Of a stretch of 64,000 nt of DNA, positions 48,812 to 61,420 are shown piece by piece. The notes beneath the pieces were generated by a model. That model was not told the origin of the DNA. It was given only the letters and a program-made list of their open reading frames with translations, and did no database searches. The DNA is taken from assembly GCF_036321535.1 (NCBI RefSeq), contig NC_087437.1:60824001-60888000 (forward strand), written 5' to 3'. Source of the stretch: Camelus dromedarius. Taxonomy: Eukaryota. How positions within the stretch are numbered: position 1 is the first letter of the stretch; each line of letters starts with the position of its first letter. Made by a program: the position numbers and the translations under genes.

Positions 48812-51800
48812 CTAGGGCCAGAAACACATTGGTCAGCAGGGAGGGGGGCCTCTGAGGCAGAGGTTATGCACAGAAACTTAGTTCCTCATCAGACTTTTCC
48901 TGCAACCGTTGGGAGGGCTCTAGAGACTCACTGAATGCTCCAGGCCTCACTCAGAATACACAGCGTGCTCGGAAAGATCTGAGCACCTGTCCATGGGGTG
49001 CTGAGTGTTGACCATTGTACTTTCAGTTTGGTTTTAACTACAGGGGGAGACTGAGGACCAGGTCTCTACCTGGGTTTGAATTCCACCTCTGCGTGACCTT
49101 GGGCAAATAATTTAGCCTAAATCTGGTTATTTTGCCTGAAAAATGAAAATTAAGAGAGTCCCTACTTCAGAGGACTGTAGTGAAATTAGGAAAGAGGCTG
49201 CACAGTGCCTGGCACACAGTGACCGTTCATGCAGACGGTCGCTATTGCAGTGTTATCGCCATTGTCCTAACACCTGTGTGTTTAGCAGGGATGCTGAGAA
49301 CCAGCGGCGCTGTGGCATCTTCATTTCACCTAAAGGAATTCTGCCGGGGAGGCTCCACCATATTTTGGATTGATAAATATTACAGCTCGAAAGGACCTGA
49401 TCGCTCATTACTACCCTGAATTTTACAGAGAAGTAAAGTGAGGTCTAGAGAAGACAAGTGAAGAGCCAATGACAGAGCTGGGACCGGAGCCCAGAGCTCT
49501 TATTGCCCAATTCAGTGCTTTTCCTGAATGCCATTCTGCTACGATTGTGTGGTGTAAGGAGGCAGGAAGGATGGGTCTGGTCTCACTGCAGAAATCAAAT
49601 AAGCCTCAGGATATTTTAACTCAGCCCAGTTTTTACAAGATTGGCAAAAACAACCAGCCACCTGATATTCCTTTGGTGTCCAGGAAAAGGGTTTTAAGTG
49701 ATAAGACAGAAGAGCCAATGGCATACCTTTCCACAGACTGCTCAGCAGGACAAGGTCAGTGTTTGCCTAAAATTGTGGGCCCAATCCCAGGGGGCAAATG
49801 GAGTAGAGGGACAGGGGAGAAAATCCTGAGAGAGAGAGGAAGAAGTACAGCTTTGGAGAGATGACAGACTCAAGACTGCAACTTATTAGCTTTGGACTCT
49901 GGGCAAAAAATTAACCTCTTGGAACCCCCAGTTCTTTATCTGATTATTGAAATAAATCTTCTCATAATTAAAAATTGATACATTATCGAAATACAGAAAA
50001 TTAAACTATTCGGTAACCTCAGCCTCTCCTTCAAAGAAATGCTATCGTTTTGTTATATCTCTTCTGGACTCTTTCCTGTTATCTACCTTAAAATTTTTTT
50101 TAAATCAGATTGCACTCTACAAACTGTTCAGTAATCTACTCTTCCCCATTCCCCATTAATAACATGTGATAGACATACTGACTTGTCAATAAAATTAAAT
50201 TTGGTCACATTCTTTTTAGCAACTGTATGTTAGTTCATTGCATGAACAGCAGAGTGGTTAAGAGCAAGATCTCTAGGGTCAGCCTATCTTGATTCTGCTT
50301 TCTATCAAATGGGTGACCTTGGACTGGTACCTAACCTGTAGCGACCTTCATTACTGCACCTGTAAAATGGAAGTTATACTTGTAATTTTCTCACAGGTTT
50401 TCTTTTGAGGATTCAGTGTGATTGTTTATGTAAGACACTTAACATAGAATCTGCCACGTAAATGCTTACTAAATGTTAGCTATAATGATTATTAGCATGC
50501 TCTAATTAATTAATCTCCCATTGTTGAGCATTTGAGTTATTTCTAATTTACAGATGAATGTTAGAATGAATTTGTCTAGCTCCTTCTAGACCTCCTCTTA
50601 CCCCCTCAGAAAAATCTTTGGTGTTTTGATTGGGATCCTATTACAATCATGGAGTAATCTGGGGATGGACTGATATCTTTACAAAACTGAATCTACCCAT
50701 GCAGGAACAAGATGTATATCCTTACTTGAGTAAGTGTTGGTCTTCCCCCGGCAGGGACTCTCTGGACAATGTTGTGGTTAGGGGCTTTCCTCAAGCTACA
50801 TAAAACCCCTTTTCACCAGAGTTGCTGCAGTTGAGGGTAGGAGGGGACACATCTCTGCAATTCCTGCAGCCCCACTGAAGTACTGCAGAAAGACCATATG
50901 GCCGTCAGGGCCCGAGAAAGCTTACCACGTCCACTTCATGATAACACCGCATGACTGATTCAAGGGGGGCTTTGGAGGGTACCTGGACCTTCAAACTCTC
51001 AACCCTCAGTTCAAAAGAGCACAGGAAATCTGCTCTGATCTCACTGGTAGCCAAGGCCCTACTCCTGCCCACCGGGCTGCAGAGGATCAGGCAGGGAGTC
51101 TAGCCTGAACCTCCAAAGATGCCAAAGTACTCCAGCTTTACTCCCTCCTCTTCCTCTGCCTGGTGACTCCTGAATTAGCCACTGTGAAGTTAACCTTTCA
51201 TTGCCTCTGTGAAGGAATAATAGAAGTCTGTGTAGCAGAGACTAGCAACAATAATAACAACGGATAAAACACACAGCACTTACTGCATACAAGGCCCTGT
51301 CCTGAGTGCTTTACCTACATTAACTCACTGTATCATCATAAAAGCCCAGTGTTATGGTATTATTGGTTGGTACTATTATTACCTACATATTTTACAGACG
51401 AGGAAATTGAGGCACAGACTGGTCCAATGTCACCAGCTAGTAGGTGGTGGGCTGGGGTTTAAAGTTGATCTGGTTTATACTGTATACCCTCTACCCCACA
51501 TTGGAGTCTACTTAGCATGGCAGTTAGAGGTTGCTAAAAGTGGTTAAGAACCATGATCACCTGGGTTTTTAAGATTCATCAGCCTTAAGAACACATTTTT
51601 GAATGTAAATATTGACCCTGACATCCAATTTGTCTTCCCAGTGCCTAGTATCTAATAGGACTCAAGGAACAGTCATTAAATGTGTTTCTCAGCAGACTTT
51701 TGATGCCACTGAGCTATAGATAAAGGAGAAAATTTTGACAGAATGTTCAGTTGTTATGAGCCAAGTCTGCTTCCACATATGGGCTGAAGCCCTGGTGAGG

Positions 51801-52297
51801 GTGAACGGTAAAACTCAGGTGTCTCTCCCTGGATGGTCACAGGCCTGAGTGAGCTCAGGGATGTTGCTCTGTGGTGCAGCATGGACAGTGTGCCCTTCAG
51901 AACAGCTGGGTAAGCATTTGCTATCGGCTCACACACAGACTCTGAGGGAGGGCTTTTCCAACCTTAATATTCCGCACCCAGAGATTCCAAGACCATTAGT
52001 GGAGCTCCATCAGCCAGATACTTAACAAGGTGTTCTTGTTCCAGGTAGCTGGCCTCAGCCCATCTCTGGGGTCATCTATCTTTAGCAGGTATGAAACAGG
52101 TGGGGCAGGGCCTTTCCCAGGCATCATCTCTTTTGATCAAAGAGCAAGTTGCACATGGCATCATGCTAAGTGGGTACAGAGTGATTCAGACATTCATTCC
52201 CTCCCCTCTTTGGTTGACAATCCATCAACTTTCCAAATGGACCCAGCCTCGTCAGGACAGGTGTGACAGACAACTGGGAATTCCCAGGAAAACTCAC

Positions 52298-52405
52298 CAA
52301 CTTGCAGCCCCCTTGGGAAGCTGCTGTGACCCTTCCACTTCGGTTCCTCCATTCCACCATCAAGAAGTGAAAACCCAGGCAGAGCCAGAGGGGCAATAAC
52401 TCCAT
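52298..52405 (-). CDS. NRROS: NRROS first coding exon (signal peptide, 36 codons); exon begins at 52418
   Basis: Translates MELLPLWLCLGFHFLMVEWRNRSGRVTAASQGGCKL. Donor TTG|gtgagt; acceptor tgtccacag 13 nt upstream of the ATG. Confidence 0.96.
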
Positions 52406-53935
52406 CTCAAGTACAGCACTGTGGACAGAGGGCAAGGAAGACACAGGTAAGAGAAGGACATCCCAGAGGGCTGCCCTGCACTCCCAGTAGAAAAAGCCAG
52501 TTCTCTGTTATGTCCGGTTTTGGCGGCCCACAGCTACAGGGAGGTGGAAACCCGTAGAAGATTCAAATACCTCAAGTTAGCCAACACTGTCAACCTTTCA
52601 CTGCAGCTGTCAACAAGAATTCATTTTCATTTTGCCTCTGCCATTTGATGAGCAGGTGGCTGAACCTGAAACTCCTGGGTCCAGCAACAGAAGAGAAAAG
52701 CAAATGATTTGAGGAACCAGGTCTCAGGTCACCTAGAGTTTGCCATGTTTCATAGTTCTGTTAAAATGTTCCTCTCAAAGCTCACATCTGCCCAATGCAT
52801 TGCCTGAGCTCAATAATATTTGCTGAGTGAATGAATGAGATAATGAATGATGAACTGGAATTGAATTATTAATTGTAGCCTCTGGTCTCAGAGAGTTAAT
52901 AGCTGTTGTGCTGGCATGAGTCTTTTAGAAAAGAGTAGACCTCGTTGATTAACTCATTTGAATACAGCCCTTTAAAAAAAGGATTTTGGTATTTCCCACT
53001 GAGGAAAAAATGAAAAAGTAATCTTCAGATATAACAAGGATTATTGATGAAGTGTGGTTACTGGCTCTTTTACTTGGCCGGTGAGCACAGAACAGGAGTC
53101 ATGAGAAGGCTTAAAATGATACATATACCAATGGAATTTTAGAACTAAAAGGAAGCATAATGGAAATGTAGTATACCCTCCACCATCACATTTTTCCAGG
53201 GCCAAGGTACATAGGCCCAAGGATAGGCCTTATTCAAGGTTCCAGACTGACTTGGTGGCGGGGCTGTCAGAAGCTCCAGGTCCCCCTCCCCGAGCTCCAG
53301 GATGAGTAACCATTTCTCTCCCTGCAGGTGCTGCTGAGTTGACTGCCCCCTTGTTGGGAGAGTTCACAGACCAGTGGCAACCCCAGCTCTGCAGTGCTTA
53401 GAATTAGAGGCTCGTGCCCAGCACCAGCATTTCACCTGCCCCGTCCTCTCCTTGACATCCCCACGGGAAGGGACACCGAGTCTGCTCTCGAGTCTTCTCT
53501 GGGGCCAGCAGGACCAGCAGTAACACGCACCCCCTCATCTATTCCATGGGACCCACAGACCTTTCTGCCTGACACATCTAGCCATCTTGGGCCCCTTCCT
53601 CTTTCCTTTTCTTCGAATGAGTTTACACATCTCTAAGGCTAATTTTAACTTTCTGGTCAGATTTGAATACTCACCAGTGAAAACAGACTAACAGAAAAAG
53701 CTAAGTGAAACCAGGTAAGTCAACTTTAACCTTCGCTTCAGGTCAGGCCAGTTCTCCTTACCACAGAGGGAACCTCCAATTCAGGATTCATCAATGTTTG
53801 CCAGACAGTGGGAGTCTGCTTCCCAGGCCCTCCTTCCGTTCCTGCACCTGTGCAGGAATTATTACCTCATGGCATGTACAGGGCCCAGATGGCAAAAACA
53901 GAGGCATATGGGCTCCTGTCCTCAGTCTCCTCCCA

Positions 53936-53960
53936 ACACACACACACACACACACGCACA
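53936..53960. repeat. (CA)n microsatellite
   Basis: Direct inspection. Confidence 0.9.
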
Positions 53961-53987
53961 AAGCGTGATCACTGCCTTCCTTGAGAT

Positions 53988-54145
53988 AAGGTTGCCAGAC
54001 TTAGCAAGTTACAAGATGCCATTCGGAAGTCGGATAAACAACAAATAACTTTTTAGGGTAAATATGTCTCATGCAATATTTGGAACATACACTAAAAAAA
54101 TTCATTGTCTGACATTGAAATTTCACTGAGTGCCCTGTATTTTAT
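53988..54145. mobile_element. MER53-like palindromic hAT MITE, followed by a Vic-1-like SINE (~54166-54310)
   Basis: ggttgccagacttagcaa...gataaacaacaaataa..atgtctcatgcaatatttggaacata... Confidence 0.7.
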
Positions 54146-55157
54146 TGAGAAGAGACAGGAAAAGAGGAGGGTATAGCTCAAGTGGAAGAGTGCATGCTTA
54201 GCATGCATGAGGTCCTGGGAGCAATCCCCAGTGCCTCCTCTAAGAATAAATAAGTAAATAAACCTAACTACCTCCCCCAACCAAAAAAAAGAAAAAAAAA
54301 AAAAAAGAGAGAGAGAGAGCGAGAAATAGAAGAGATGGAAGATGTGAACCATGGACTTACTCACTCCTTTAGTCCCTCATCCCCTTTGTCAGGCTTGGGA
54401 CGGTACATGCTGCTGTGACACCGGAATAGCCAGCCCTGTGTACTGATACTGAGTCTAGATGTGTTCAGGGCAAGAGTGTAGTTTTTTCAGGGAGAATGTA
54501 ACTCTTTAGACTGGTATGCTAGATAGACCTGGCGTCAGTTATGCCCAGAGTGTAATTTTAATTTCTGGATCAGCAAAAAAATTTTTGCAAATTTAAAGCA
54601 TATTTTCTCCTAAACTCAGCCAACCGGCCCAGAAAGACTCTTGCTGTGCCCTCTGGGTGACCCCATCTCCCATGAGGCAGTGTGGGAAGATTATGGGATT
54701 TGGAACCAGACAGACCAGGATTTGAATTCTGGCTCCAGGATTTGTTATTTGTCCTTGAGCAATTCACGTAAAATCTCCGAGACTCAGATAATCCTTATAT
54801 AAAATGGAGATAACAATAACTACTCAGAATTTTCATGAAAATCAAATAGTATATATAAAAGTGCTTCATTAACTATAAAGGTAGTTAATAACATAATTGT
54901 TACTCATGAATTCCAAACACCAATGGGCTGGTTAAGTCGTCGTTTACTCTAATGTGTAACCTCCAAGGTAATTCAACAGCTACATAAAGAAGGGGAAAAA
55001 TCGAATTTGGCTGAAAGAATGAATATATCATTATATAGAGTAAATGTGTGAAAGTTATGTGGGAAGGTTGAATTAAAAATTCTACATTAATAAATTCCAG
55101 AATAAACTTCTGTTATTTGGACAGAAAGAAAAGGACTAATCCCAGTAACAGATGACT

Positions 55158-55598
55158 ATGCTGGTTGAGAGCCGTTTGCCCTCAGACCCATGGTTTACCC
55201 TTCCCCTACCCTGCTCTGGATCACAGCGGGCTGATGGCTGAAGGCTCTGGGTGTCAGCTGGCCTCCAGCTGGTTTGGTCAATGGGAGGCACTAGTGGGAG
55301 GTTAGTTAAAAGGTAGAAGGAGAAAATCCATGATATTTCTCTTCCTCTCTCTCTGCCTAAGCAGAGGCCCTTGAGCTTCTTCTGGTGACTCCAAAGCTCT
55401 AGTAACATCCTCCCTCTGTCCTCCCCAAGGCCTAGGGGAGGGGGCAGCTTTCTGAAGTTGCTAATCTCTGGGTTAATGGTCTGTTCTCTGGTTGGCTTCT
55501 CAGCCTCTTCCATCATGTGTAGCCAACTTCCTGCTTTAAATTTCCTCTGTTTTAAATAATCTATGTGTTTCTGTTTCCTATTTGGAGCCTGACTAATA
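55158..55598. mobile_element. Old ERVL-type solo LTR (LTR33/LTR16-like)
   Basis: tgctgg..tttgccctcagaccc...taaatttcctctgtt..tctgtttcct..cctgactaata. Confidence 0.65.
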
Positions 55599-58569
55599 TA
55601 ATGATGTAAGTGAGAATGGTCTTGGAGCAATACTAAACCAAAAGGTATGGTGTGTAATGGCTCTGAAAAGCAATAAAAGACTTTCAAAATAGTAACCGTT
55701 TAGGTTGAGAAACACTCTTTGTGGAGCATTAGCTGCAGAAGCCTTCCTCAGAGCCACAGCACAGCGAAGAGTACAAGACAGACAGTTGGGATGCCAGATC
55801 TCACTGGAAAATCCCATGACACCTCTCCTGTGTGCTCGGGACTGCTTCTCTCCACCCACACTTAACCTCAGTTGGGTGAGGACCACTCCACAGTGTCTCC
55901 AGCTGTATGAGAGCGTCTATGCTTGAGTGTGCTTTTAAAAAAGTAACTGTCCCACTTTACTCCTATCTGTCTGATATCTTCTGAAAAACATCAATTTTTT
56001 AAGCCGAATGTTGCTCATCTTAGATACATTTTTGCTGGAGAAAGGGAAGTGAATGAAGAACAACTATGACAGGGGGCACACATGACAGCATGACATTAAC
56101 AATTTAAATGAGGTAACCTGGAACCTCCTCTCATTATAATTAAAAGGGTTTGCATCAGTGGTGCCCATTTCATAGGCTGAGAACCACTGTGGGAGCCACA
56201 GAGTTAATACAAAGGAACTACAAATCAACCCATGTTCCAAGTAGGATGTGAATCAGTGTTATGTCTCTTCCTGGTCTGGGTGACCACTGGGGGAATATCC
56301 TATATAAGACCTGAGATCCTGACACCGGAAGCAGATGGCATTAACAGAATCTGCTTGTATCTGTTCTTAAACCAGATGGCAAAGTCAAAGAATTCTTTCC
56401 AAGTGCAGAAGCAGAAAATGGTAAATTCCATTCTCTCTTATATAGGGTCTACAAAGCCTATATTCTTTGAGTCAGTTAACGAATTCTACAGTGTCCCTCT
56501 ATCTTTTACCCAGTTATAGCTATCATGGTTATGACTCAAGCCAGAGACCGTGAGCTTTGAATTAGCGAAAAGCTTTGAAAGGACAAGACCCCACTGACCC
56601 TGGTGCAGGAGCCAAGATTCTATACTGTGTCTGTAACACACCTGACTTGGAAATATCAAGATTATAAATCCAACCTCATGTTAAAGCAAACTCCTCTTGC
56701 TGTTGCATTTATATTTTTTTCTTTATCTTCTAACTATTCTGTTTGTGTCATCACAGAATGTCCATCCTGGTTCCTCTCTAAGAAGTCCTTGAAATATTAG
56801 GACCTCAAGTGCTTGATGGCATCCTCTACATAACCATTCATCTTGATATTATGCTTTCTAACTGGTTATCATGGAAACGTGTGATTCAACCCCACATCCA
56901 TCCCTTGTTTGTAAAAAGTGTTCCTTTTTCAGTCAGAGAGGCAATATGGCTTTTTGTCTGGCTTTTCTCTCTCCAGATCTGGTCATAATAAATAAGTGGT
57001 GAAATCAAATTCATTTCATAAAAATAGCTGACTATATTCTGAAATAAGAGAACACTGACAGCGAGGAAGAAGAATGCATATCAGCTACAAAAAAAAAATC
57101 CTCTTTGTTTCAGAAACTATGCTTATTTGCTTTTTCCATTTCCACAAAATAATAGGGAGAAGCCCTTGCTTCACTGAGCCAAGTAAGGGAAAAGAAGGCT
57201 GATTGGATGGCCCTGTGGGCTGTGTAAACAATGAAAGGGATGAGAACATTTACTCCTTTTGGAAGGACCATCCTGATCCTGCCGGCAGTGGCTTGACTAT
57301 AAGGTGCGGCTCAAGTTGTAAACTCAGGATTGCTTAGATGGAAGAAGATGGTCACATGCAGGCCAAGGGGTGGCTCCTGTCCAGTCCAGGACACGTGTGG
57401 GTGATACTTGCTTTTGCAATGGACAGGGAAGAAAGGATTAGTGGACCCTTTTGACCTGCTTGTCTCTGCTTCTTGAAGCCCTGAAATTTTCATGTCCCTA
57501 CCATCAGAATCAGAATAGACTAGTAGTGCAGCAGCGTCCCTGTTTTTGTCAGATCCTCTGCAAACACAAATGTGCACTATTTTCTTTGAAATGGATGTAG
57601 ATTTTTCTGTATTAATAAACTATAACTTCTTCTTTTAAGGGTTATTAATTCCAAGTAGCTTTCTTGAAATACATAAAAATTAATACGCCATATGTTGTAT
57701 AATGTCTTCATCAGCTGATAGTAAAAAACACAACCATCAGGTAGGGGCAGATCTCCAGGTATTTCTGTCCATAAAAAGGTCTCCTCATCCTCAAAGTCTG
57801 GGAATGCTAAGCAGCAGCTCTAACCTGAGTTTTGGTTTTGCTTTGTTGGTGTTGTTTGATTCATTTTCAGGAGAGGATGCTGGATTTCTAGTATTCAAGG
57901 GCACCCTGAGCATCACCCCCTCACTCCCCTCACTCTCTCCACTCTCTCACCTCTCCACCTCCTCCAGCTGCTGCCGCTACTACAGCAGCTGCCTCCAGAG
58001 CTGGGATTGCCACCTCCTTGCTAAAGGCGCTATTAGCAAGTGCTAAGAGTGTTAACATACATTAGCACGTAATTGAGAATTTCCTCCTCAAAGTAATCAG
58101 ATAAGCTGAAAAAGCTTTAAAGAAAGAGGTCTTGAACGAGAGAGTGGGGAACTCTCAGAGATATTTGGTGTTAGAAACAAACATGCATAGACTGGTTGGG
58201 GAAGGGGGATGGAGGGGGAGAATCTCTAGAGACAGAGTTTGCACACGTGCGGGACATAAATGGGGGCCGGTGACATCCCTGAGCACACAGGGCACAGGGG
58301 CTAGGTAGAGGGCTCCACAGAAAGGGAGTCTGCCTTTGTTTAAAAATGAAAGAGCAAATCCCACCTGGGATCCTGGGAGAAAGGGAAGGTCAGCTGGTCA
58401 CATACCACAGAGAATGGATAATAAAGAAGAGAAACCCGAGTTTTGGCCACTTCAAATACTTCCTACTACCAAGAAGTATTTGAAAGCCTCAGGCAAGCAG
58501 CTCTGGTCTCTGATTCTTAGCAAAAAAAAAAAAAAAAAAAAGTGATCTCAACTGGCACCAAACGTTCAT

Positions 58570-59225
58570 ACTTAGCATCTCCCATGGGGAGACCACCTGC
58601 ACCCTGAGTCTCCAGGTGTGGTGCCTTGGGAAACCCAGAGTCCCATCTCAGTAGCACCCTTGCCAAAAATGTTTGCCCTGAGCTCAGTCATGAGAAAACA
58701 ATCAGAAAGATCCAGGCTGTAAGATGTCCTACAAAACAACTGACTTGGATTCTTCAAAACAGTCAGTCTTAAAAAAAACAAAGAAAGGCTGGGGAGGGGA
58801 GAGGTCTGATAACAAGTAACTAAGAAACATAATAGCCAAGTCCAATGCATGTACCTTGAGTGGATTTTGGATTTTAAAAAAATCTCTGAAAGAAAAATTT
58901 GAGGCAATTGGGGAAATTTACATGTGTACTAAATGGTGTGTTTTCAGATGATATTATGTACAGATGATATTACCAGATTATTGCTCATTTCCTTTGCTAT
59001 GATAATGATGTTGCAGTTATGTAGAAAAATGCCCTTATTCTTAGGACATACATGCTGAAGTATCCAGGCGTGAAGTTTCATGATGTCTACAATTTATGCA
59101 GCCTTCTTTCGAATGGCTCAACAAAGAGACAGAGAAAATTGAAGCAAAATATTACCAAATGGCAAATTTAGCTTTGTACTTTCTTTTAACTTTTCTGTAG
59201 TTTTGAAATTTTTCAAAATAAAAAA
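58570..59225 (+). mobile_element. L1MC-type 3' end
   Basis: cagtagcacccttgccaaaaatgttt..., cttattcttagga..catgctgaagtat. Confidence 0.65.
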
Positions 59226-61303
59226 ATGGGAAAAATGAAATAAATGTTGGAGGTCCTAAAGGCAGAGGGGAAATTACGGTTAATCTTCTGCCCCCAAATT
59301 TCCAGGAATGTACATTTTTCTCAGAAACGTGCTCAGTAAACATTTGTTAAATTTAAAATGCATGACACGTAAAGTTTGAACTATCCTGAAAATTCTAACA
59401 TTTTGACATTCAAAATGATTTGAATGTCTAGAGTTTCCAGACTGCTTCTCTTACACCTGAAAGGGGCACAGAAGTGTTAGATTGTGTGGCCTGGTTGTGG
59501 TTCAGGAAACACAGTTGCTGTCCCTTCCACTGTCCAGGTCAGTTGCTCTGCCCACCACACCCACAGTCCCTCTGGTGGGGCAGCCCGAGGCAGCCCTCAT
59601 GAGAAGCTCATGACCCCACCACCACCTGCATGTCCACGAAGCTGACAGGATCTTGAGGAAGCACCTGACCTCAAGGGGGGGTCAGTCATTACATGTGGCC
59701 AACATCCTATGAGAAGTGTCAATGCAGAGACACAAGGAAGACAATTAGGTAATTTGCAGTGGAAATTGGAGCTAAGAGGCACACAGAGAGAGACAGAGTT
59801 GAATTTTTGAGGGATCTTGCCATGAGGAAGCAGAAGTATGAGCTAAATGCTGAGGCACGTAGACAGAAAAGAATAGACAGTCAGCAGAGAGCAGAGACCA
59901 GGAAGAATGACAAGAGGCAGACTGTGCAGGCTGGGAGAGAGGATGGAGAGAACGGGATCAAGGCTGCCTCTCCAGGTTTCTGGTGGTTCTTTCCCCAGCC
60001 AGGTCCATTTCCAAGCTCCACAGTTTTTCATAATAGCACCTCACCACCATCACCACCCCAGAGGATGGCCCAAATGTTGCATCTTAGCAACAAAAAGAAC
60101 CTAACTAAAACACAACTTGTGCTCTTTAATAAGCTTAAACAAAAGACAAAACTGAACGTAGTATTTCAAAAAAGCACGTATAAGCTTTATAATGCTACCT
60201 GTAAATTACAGAAAGGGGCTGAAGTCTGAATGTAGGAATGTATTTTTCAAAGTGCACCCTACAGGCAAAAATCACAAGGGATGGTAAAACTAAAGAGTAA
60301 AAACTTGTTGGGAAACAAGATATTCATATAGTCTTAGAGTATCTTATTAATACAAGTTACTTGTTAATTTTACAAAGGTGAAAATAACAGCTTTATAGTG
60401 GAAAAACTGGCAAACACCTCCTTAAGCAAATGATCAAATTACTGTAGGGGCCTTACTGGGGAACTTGGTAAAATCTGAATACAGACAACATTTGAAATAA
60501 TAGTATTATATCAATGTTAATTTTCCAGATTTTGATCACTGTACTGTGGTTATGGAAGACTGTCCTTGTTCTTAGAAAATATACATTGAATTATTTAGAA
60601 GTAAAGGGTGTGATGTCTGCAACATTACTAATGTTCTAATTCCTCCTCATTCTCACCAACACTTGTCATTTTCTGTCATTTTTATTATAGCCGTCCGATT
60701 GGGTGTGAAGTGCTATCTTTTTGTTGTTTCAATTTGCATTTTCCTAATGATTAATAATGTTGAGTATTTTTCATGTGTTCATTGACCATTTCTATATTTT
60801 CTTTGGAAAAAAGTCCAAATTGTGTACTTTTAAATCCAAAGATTTTTTTTAAATTTTGATTTTGGAATTACATGTAAAAGAAAATGCAGAATAGTTATAA
60901 AAGTAAAGAACCAGTTGTATTTTTGGTCAGATTAATAGATTCCTATATTTCATGTAAAAAGAACTTGCAGGTTGAGGATTAGAGCAAAAGAGCATTTAGA
61001 ATTGAGATGTATGAATTCAGACCTCACGACCTGCTTCACTGGCTTTCTCTCTTAATAATGAATTTGTTAAAGTATAGGCAATACAATGACTTTTGAGTGC
61101 CCCCCTGCCAAAAAAAAAAAAAAATTGTCTTATATCCTGCAGGTAGGAGAGAATGAACTGGCACACTTTTTCTAAAGGATGATTTAACATGATTTATCAA
61201 AGACCCTAAAAACAGATTATGTTATTCAACAATTCTACTTCTAGGAATTTATCCTAAGGGATGACAATGTATGTAAAAATATTTTTATAGAAATATTCAT
61301 TGT

Positions 61304-61420
61304 GGGGGGAGGGTATAGCTCAAGCGGTAGAGCGTATTCTTAACGAGGTCCTGGGTTCAATCCCCAGTACCTCCTCTAAAAATAAACAAACAAATAAACC
61401 TAATTACCTCCCCCTGAAAA
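61304..61420 (+). mobile_element. Vic-1-like SINE with aaatattc(a/g)ttg TSD
   Basis: ggggagggtatagctcaagcggtagagc..gggttcaatccccagtacctcc. Confidence 0.85.

Noticed and set aside
55136..55687. 183-aa ORF
   Set aside because: It coincides with an old solo LTR.
59759..60229. 156-aa ORF
   Set aside because: It overlaps LTR-like repeat sequence, has a non-ATG start and shows no recognisable domain.
61304..61380. tRNA gene
   Set aside because: The A/B boxes belong to a SINE with a tail and TSD; the same applies to the other copies.
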